From contig OZ245365.1 in assembly GCA_965226495.1 (NCBI GenBank), positions 3,392,001 through 3,456,000 of the forward strand: a stretch of DNA of 64,000 nucleotides. Direction: 5' to 3'. The stretch is from Candidatus Marinacidobacterales bacterium (GTDB lineage: Bacteria; Acidobacteriota; Vicinamibacteria; Marinacidobacterales; DATDRI01). Under the pieces are notes generated by a model. The model saw nothing but the letters and a program-made list of their open reading frames with translations. It had not been told where the DNA came from and did no database searches. The translations under genes and the position numbers were made by a program. This document shows positions 58,279-64,000 of the stretch, piece by piece. Numbering within the stretch: the stretch's first letter is position 1; every line of letters starts with the position of its first letter.

Positions 58279-59592
58279 ATGGAAACAACTCTTTCTCAGG
58301 ACCAATTAGTTCTGGTCACTCTCCTCGTCAAGCTCGGGGTGATGGCGTCCATCGCCAGCCTTCTAGGCCGCTTTGAAGCCTTCAAGCGGCTGCTTCAGCG
58401 CGAGGAGCTGACGCTCACCGAGAAGTGGATCTTTGCTTTGTTCGCCGGCATGCTGCTCTCCACCGGAGTTGGCATTCGAATTCTCCTGAACTACAACGCC
58501 GCCGACCTTTCATTGTCGGGAACTCTTCTGATCGGGCTGCTGGCGGGACCCATCGCCGGAGCGGCGGTCGGATTGATGGTGGGGGCCCCGGCAATAGGCC
58601 ACGGCGAGTTCATGGCCTTGCCGCTCGGCGTCCTCTACGGTGTCGCAGGAGGCATCGTTCGCGAGCTCTGTCGCAAGGAAGACATCTGGAGTTTTTCTCC
58701 GCTGATCTTTCTCAACCTTTACCGCATTGGTAAGACCGCCATCCGCGACCGCATCTTCGATTGGCAGGTCGTGATCTTCGGAGTGACGGTAGCACTGGAG
58801 TCTCTTAGGATCTTCGTCGGCTCGGAGCTACTACCCGGGACCGTTTTCTACTTGGGCTCCAACAACGCATGGGTGATGTTGGCCATCTATATCTCGACAC
58901 TTTCGTGTCTCGGCATCCCGCTCAAGATTTGGAACAACATCCGACTGGAACAGAAACTTCGGGACCGCGAGGTCCTGGTCGTACGGGCGCGACTCAAGGC
59001 CCTATCCAGCCAGATGAATCCCCATTTTCTGTTTAACACCTTAAATTCTGTGGCTTCGGCCATACGCACCGACCCGGAAGTGGCGAGGGGCTTGATCCGA
59101 AAGCTCTCCAGCATCCTTCGAAAGCTCACCCAGGAACAGGAAAACTTCATTCCCCTACGGGAGGAGCTGGAGTTCATCGACTCCTACCTGGATATCGAAT
59201 CGGTTCGTTTCGGAAGCGGAAAGCTCGTCGTTCAGAAGGAAGTCGAGCGAGCCGCGTTGGAGACTTTCGTTCCTGCGATGATCGTGCAACCGCTCGTGGA
59301 AAACGCCATCAAGCACGGAATCTCCAAACGGTTAGAGGGCGGGCGCATCATCATCCGTGCCCGTAGCGACAACGGTCGGGCGATTATCGAGATTGAGGAT
59401 AATGGCACCGGGCTGCCTCAAGAATCTCAGGAAGAGCCTGGTTTAGGGATCGGACTGACCAACGTGAACGAGCGACTTCGAGTGATTTACGGCGAGAAAT
59501 GCCAGCTGGGACTCACCAGAATCCCCGGGCGGGGAACGCTGGCTCGGCTCGAGATTCCCCAGGTCGACCTGTCTTATTTGAGGGCGAGCTGA
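58279..59592 (+). CDS. LytS-family sensor histidine kinase
   Basis: Multi-TM N-terminus; QMNPHFLFNTLN, QPLVENAIKHG, GIGLTNV. Confidence 0.95.
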   Translation: METTLSQDQLVLVTLLVKLGVMASIASLLGRFEAFKRLLQREELTLTEKWIFALFAGMLLSTGVGIRILLNYNAADLSLSGTLLIGLLAGPIAGAAVGLMVGAPAIGHGEFMALPLGVLYGVAGGIVRELCRKEDIWSFSPLIFLNLYRIGKTAIRDRIFDWQVVIFGVTVALESLRIFVGSELLPGTVFYLGSNNAWVMLAIYISTLSCLGIPLKIWNNIRLEQKLRDREVLVVRARLKALSSQMNPHFLFNTLNSVASAIRTDPEVARGLIRKLSSILRKLTQEQENFIPLREELEFIDSYLDIESVRFGSGKLVVQKEVERAALETFVPAMIVQPLVENAIKHGISKRLEGGRIIIRARSDNGRAIIEIEDNGTGLPQESQEEPGLGIGLTNVNERLRVIYGEKCQLGLTRIPGRGTLARLEIPQVDLSYLRAS

Positions 59593-59593
59593 C

Positions 59594-60361
59594 GTGGCAA
59601 TACGCGCCCTCGTGGTCGATGACGAGCGTTTGGCCAGGGATGAGCTCTGCTTTCTTCTCGAGTCCTTCCCGGAGGTCGAAGTCGTCGGCCAGGCAAGTAA
59701 CGGCCTCGAAGCGGTGACTCAGGTCGAGCAGCTCCAACCCGAGTTGCTCTTCCTAGACATCCAAATGCCCGGCCTAGACGGGTTCCAGGTTCTCCGAGAG
59801 CTCGTTGGCAAGGAGAACGTCCCTCCGTTCGTTGTTTTCGTGACCGCCTACGACCAGTACGCCATTCAAGCGTTCGAGATCAACGCGGTCGATTATTTGC
59901 TCAAGCCGGTCGAGAAGGTACGCCTCGGCGAGGCCATCGCCCGTACCCGACGGGTAATAGGCGAAGAAGGACCCTTGGCCAATCAGCTGGGCCGCATTCT
60001 CGGCGCCCTCGAAAAAGAAACCTCACTCAAACGCATGGTCGTCAAGGTCGGCGAGCGCTTCATGCTCGTGGACTCGAAGGACGTCATCTACGCTACGGTG
60101 GAAACCGGCGTCGTCACCGTTGCCACCGACCAGTGGAGCGGTACTTCCAACCTCCGCACCTTGGACGAGCTCAACGCCAATCTCGACCCCGATGTGTTCT
60201 GGCGTGTGCACCGTTCCTATATCGTCAACCTGCGGCGTATCAAAGAAGTGATTCCGTGGTTCAATCGCACGTTGCAGCTCAAGATGGCCGATGAGCGCGA
60301 GACCGAGATCCCCGTGTCACGTTCGCAAACCCGTCGGCTGAAGGAACACTTCAAGCTCTAG
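59594..60361 (+). CDS. LytTR-family response regulator
   Basis: FLDIQMP, TAYDQYA, FWRVHRSYIVN, IPVSR. Confidence 0.96.
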   Translation: MAIRALVVDDERLARDELCFLLESFPEVEVVGQASNGLEAVTQVEQLQPELLFLDIQMPGLDGFQVLRELVGKENVPPFVVFVTAYDQYAIQAFEINAVDYLLKPVEKVRLGEAIARTRRVIGEEGPLANQLGRILGALEKETSLKRMVVKVGERFMLVDSKDVIYATVETGVVTVATDQWSGTSNLRTLDELNANLDPDVFWRVHRSYIVNLRRIKEVIPWFNRTLQLKMADERETEIPVSRSQTRRLKEHFKL

Positions 60362-60416
60362 CCCGCTACGCGGTGGGCACTGAGTTGTCGCATGGTCTCC
60401 TACTGGAGGAATACGC

Positions 60417-62876
60417 GTGCAATCTAGTCGTACGTCTCGCCTTGCTGCCCTCATTGTTCTAACCCTTTCGCTCACTGCTTGGCCGCGGGCAGCCCGTGCA
60501 CAAACCGACCGAGACGGAACCGACTGGCCGCAATTTCGAGGGTCCAACGTGGACGCCATCTCGACCGAGCGAAGCGTTTTCTCGAACTTGCCCGAGTTCA
60601 GCTTGGAGGTTTCCTGGAAAAAGAGAATCGGCAGCGGTTATTCCGGAATCGCGATCGCCGATGACTTGGGTGTGACGATGTTCGAGTCGGGAGAATCGAA
60701 CGTGGTGGTCGCATTCGATGCGCCGACCGGGGAAGAAAAATGGCGGTTCGAGATCGGCCCTCGACATCAAGGTCTCAACGGCTCGTATGACGGTCCCATT
60801 TCGACACCCCTCATCGTCGGCAACATCGTGGTGGCGCTCGATCCGTGGGGACGGTTGGTGGGGCTCGATGTGTTGGCCGGCGAGCTGGTGTGGTCTATCG
60901 ATCTCCCCGGGGAGCTCGAATCCAAGAGACCCCTCTACGGCTATTCGACATCACCGATTCTCCTCGACGGCACGGTCGTCGTACAGATCGGCGCGCCGGA
61001 TGCTGCGGTCGCCGGTTTGGACCCCGCGACCGGGGAGCGTTTGTGGACCGTCGGTACCGACGAAATAGGCTATCAAACTCCGGTCCCGGTGGCCGTTGAC
61101 GGACAGCGGCAGGTGTTCGCGGCGGGTCAGAAACAAATAATGGCCATCGACCCGCGAACCGGCAAGCTTCTATGGGAGTACGCCCACGGCGGCGGGGGCA
61201 CCATCGGGGCCGGAACCATCGTCCCCGTGTCAGCGGGTCCCGACCAGTTGTTTCTCGCCAACAAGGATGACTCATCCACGCTCGTCGAGCTCACTGATGG
61301 GGAAGCAGGCGTCGTCGCTCGCGAAAAGTGGGAGGCGAGAACGATACGAAACAGCTACACCGTACCTCTGTATCACCAGGGCTACATTTACGGCTTCAGT
61401 AGTCGCTTCCTCACTTGTGTCGACGCTGCAACGGGAAAAGCCGTTTGGAAATCGCGACCTCCCGGCGATGGCTTTCTGATTCTCGTCGATGGACACTTGG
61501 TCATCCTGACGAAGAACGGCAGCGTACACGTCGCGAAAGCGAGTCCCGACGGTTACCTGGAAGTAGCCAGCCTCCAACTGTTCGAAGACCTAGCTTGGAC
61601 TCCGCCGAGCTTCGCCGATGGCCACCTTTATGTCAGGAGTCTGGGTGAAGTGGCACGGGTGGACATCCGGCCGATGACGATCCTGGCCGATGCGGAATTG
61701 GCTCCGAAGGATGTCGCTCCGCCTAAAGGGCGTTTCGAGCAGTTCCTGATCGATGTCGGGAAGACCGCGGACAAAATGGCGGTCGTCGACCGCTTGCTCG
61801 ACTCCATCGAACAGTTTCCCTTCATCGAAGGGGAGAATCGCGTTCACTTTATCTACCGGGGATATGGAGAGGATCTGGCAATCGGAGGCGACATGATCGG
61901 GTCGCGACAGGAAAGCCGCATGGTTCACGTGGAAGGGACGGACCTGTTTTACTACTCGACCGAGTTGGAGCCGGACGCTCGGGTGAATTACCTCTTTATT
62001 CGAGACTACGAGGAGATCACCGATCCCCGCAACCCGAGAGCGACCACCAGCGGCATCTACGGTCCGGACATGGAGCTCACCGGAAGCGACGACAACCCGA
62101 TGCAGATGTCATGGGTAGCCATGCCGCGTTGGCGAGCGCCCGACCACCTCACAGAACCGCCGGTCGATGCAAGCCGCGGCCGCATCGTGACCCACGAATT
62201 GGAGAGCAAAGTCTACGAGGAGCCGCACACGATCCACGTGTATCTACCGGCGCGCTACGGCGAGACGGACACGTCTTACCCCGTCGCCTACTACCATGGT
62301 GGTCGTGGCGCACTCGAAAGAGGCGAGGTGCCCACAAGTTTGGACAACCTGCTGGGCAACAAAGTGGAGCCGGTCATTGCGGTCTTCATCGAGCGGCAGT
62401 CGGAATTCATGCCCGGAAAGTATGTCGACATGTGGGCCGACGAGCTGGTGCCCTTTATCGATGCCAACTATCGGACCATCGCCACGCCGGAGGGACGCGC
62501 CAGTATCGGGGGCGGGTTCGACGGTTACCACGCGCTCTATCTCGCGGTGAAGCGGCCGGGTATTGCCGCCAAGGTCGCCGGACAATCCATTGCGTTCTTG
62601 GATTTCCAGAGAGTTCCGCTCGAAGGCCTCGTGCGGAACCCCGGCGAGCAGCCCCTCGACATCTACATCGAGTGGGGTAGCCACGACATGCACAATCCTC
62701 AAGAGGCTTGGGATATCCGCGACTCCGCTCGCAAACTCGTGGAGTTTCTGGCCAGTCGCGGCTACGCGGTCGCCGGGGGTGAGGTGCACGACGGTACGGG
62801 ATGGTCGAGCTGGAAGAACCGTACCGACCGAGTGCTCGAGAGCCTGTTCCCGCTTGTTCGCACCGATCGAGATTGA
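60417..62876 (+). CDS. Secreted PQQ-like beta-propeller fused to a Fes-like esterase domain
   Basis: DWPQFRG, repeated D..TG...W; IHVYLP..Y...YPV, ELVPFID.NYRT; elbow reads GGGFDG. Confidence 0.8.
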   Translation: MQSSRTSRLAALIVLTLSLTAWPRAARAQTDRDGTDWPQFRGSNVDAISTERSVFSNLPEFSLEVSWKKRIGSGYSGIAIADDLGVTMFESGESNVVVAFDAPTGEEKWRFEIGPRHQGLNGSYDGPISTPLIVGNIVVALDPWGRLVGLDVLAGELVWSIDLPGELESKRPLYGYSTSPILLDGTVVVQIGAPDAAVAGLDPATGERLWTVGTDEIGYQTPVPVAVDGQRQVFAAGQKQIMAIDPRTGKLLWEYAHGGGGTIGAGTIVPVSAGPDQLFLANKDDSSTLVELTDGEAGVVAREKWEARTIRNSYTVPLYHQGYIYGFSSRFLTCVDAATGKAVWKSRPPGDGFLILVDGHLVILTKNGSVHVAKASPDGYLEVASLQLFEDLAWTPPSFADGHLYVRSLGEVARVDIRPMTILADAELAPKDVAPPKGRFEQFLIDVGKTADKMAVVDRLLDSIEQFPFIEGENRVHFIYRGYGEDLAIGGDMIGSRQESRMVHVEGTDLFYYSTELEPDARVNYLFIRDYEEITDPRNPRATTSGIYGPDMELTGSDDNPMQMSWVAMPRWRAPDHLTEPPVDASRGRIVTHELESKVYEEPHTIHVYLPARYGETDTSYPVAYYHGGRGALERGEVPTSLDNLLGNKVEPVIAVFIERQSEFMPGKYVDMWADELVPFIDANYRTIATPEGRASIGGGFDGYHALYLAVKRPGIAAKVAGQSIAFLDFQRVPLEGLVRNPGEQPLDIYIEWGSHDMHNPQEAWDIRDSARKLVEFLASRGYAVAGGEVHDGTGWSSWKNRTDRVLESLFPLVRTDRD

Positions 62877-63596
62877 CTAGAGGAATTTCGGGTCGAGGTT
62901 TTCGGATTCCGACTTCAGTCGTCGGATGCGGGCCGCATACGACCGGGCGGCGCGCTCTTCGTCGAGGCGCAGGAACAGCGCGTACTGGCGGACAAAATTC
63001 TTGAGATAAATCTCCACCGGTAGACGGTCGAGCCTCTCTTCTTCGATATAGCCGAGCATGGTCACGCCTATCTTCGTCACATGAGCGATGGAGCGTAGAT
63101 CCACCCCCGCCGCCTCGCGCGCCTTCTTGAGGAAAGCGCCGGACGCTTCTTCCTTGATACCTAGCGTGACCTTGGGGCGCTCAGGAGGTTCCTCGGATCG
63201 CGCCGGAATCTCCACCAGTCGAGGGTAGGCCATCTCGGGTGCGGCGGAGGATGCCGACATCGAAGGTGCGGGCGAAGGTGTCGCGGCAACGCCTGCCGGA
63301 ATTTCAGGGCTTTCCGGGATTTGAGAAGCCGGCGGAGCCGTTGACCTGGAGCGTCCCGAGAGACGCTGATCGTAGAGGCGTCGGCTGTCTTCGGCGACTA
63401 ACGTGTGGTAAGCCTCGGTGACGCGTTCGAGGATCTCGCGCCGCTCTTCGGGAGCCAGTATGGCGGCCGAAACGACCGACTCGCTAGCGTAAACATCCCG
63501 AGCCCGCTCATACGCCGCCTGGATTTCTCCCGTCGTGGCGCTGTTACTGATCTCGAGGACTTGGTAGTAGTTCTGGTCCGAGGGACGATCCAACAT
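62877..63596 (-). CDS. DnaJ-like N-terminal domain + RodZ-like HTH protein
   Basis: NYYQVLEI...EAYHTL....RRLYD; LKKARE..G...TKIG...IEE...Y..NFVRQYA. Confidence 0.8.
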   Translation of the reverse strand: MLDRPSDQNYYQVLEISNSATTGEIQAAYERARDVYASESVVSAAILAPEERREILERVTEAYHTLVAEDSRRLYDQRLSGRSRSTAPPASQIPESPEIPAGVAATPSPAPSMSASSAAPEMAYPRLVEIPARSEEPPERPKVTLGIKEEASGAFLKKAREAAGVDLRSIAHVTKIGVTMLGYIEEERLDRLPVEIYLKNFVRQYALFLRLDEERAARSYAARIRRLKSESENLDPKFL

Positions 63597-63607
63597 GGGC
63601 GACCGAG

Positions 63608-64000
63608 CTAGACCTTACCGTTTCCGTTGGCGCCGTGACCATTGGATGAGCGGAGCAGATTCACCGCCGCCCTCTCGAGACTCTGACCCGCCTCGGAGTC
63701 CGGGAAAACCAACATGAAGGGTTTTTTTCGTCGGTTGGCTTGCCAGACGACGTCTTCGTATTGGATCGCGCCCAGACACTCAACCTCGATCCCCAGGTGC
63801 TTGCGACACACGCTGGCCATCGATGGCCCTAGCCGCTCATCTTCAGGGTAGCGAACCTGGTTGATGATTAGTCGGGGACGAAACGACTTGGCCCGCGCCT
63901 TGAGCGCCTGCCCTGCCGCCTGGTCTTTCTTCTCCACGGCCTCGAGGAGATCGAACGGCGTGCGAATCCCTTGACGGTTCTTCTCGTCCATCGCTTCCTC
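63608..64000 (-). CDS. Partial C-terminus of a MinD/FlhG-like ATPase
   Basis: PRLIINQV, KHLGIEV..LG.I.YEDVV.QA....PF. Confidence 0.7.
   Translation of the reverse strand, partial: EEAMDEKNRQGIRTPFDLLEAVEKKDQAAGQALKARAKSFRPRLIINQVRYPEDERLGPSMASVCRKHLGIEVECLGAIQYEDVVWQANRRKKPFMLVFPDSEAGQSLERAAVNLLRSSNGHGANGNGKV

Overview
A GC-rich bacterial chromosomal window. The gene content (tandem Ser/Thr kinase-PD40 proteins, M14 peptidase, DUF4388 proteins, PQQ-like propeller proteins) suggests an Acidobacteriota/Vicinamibacteria-like genome; this is inference. Core functions include an OmpR-type and a LytS/LytTR two-component system, dihydropyrimidinase, a diguanylate cyclase, a cysH-siroheme synthesis-sulfite reductase operon, tRNA-Phe, recA, thiolase/hbd, a DciA-like gene, a Tat-exported PaoABC-like molybdoenzyme cluster and lat. 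An accessory, partly decayed tract lies at about 18.3-36.5 kb, downstream of tRNA-Phe. The most notable signal is two diverged copies of a ~1.25-kb element. Each carries a DUF222-like/HNH nuclease gene next to a ~215-nt non-coding region with a 143-nt core about 91% identical between copies, GNRA/G-U-compatible hairpins and a 19-nt variable segment. It is a candidate RNA-associated (possibly RNA-guided) HNH mobile element. Other highlights are a UGA-recoded rhodanese lipoprotein with a SECIS-like hairpin, and an apparent terminator/antiterminator leader on the sulfate-assimilation operon. Family assignments come from motif recognition, not database searches.
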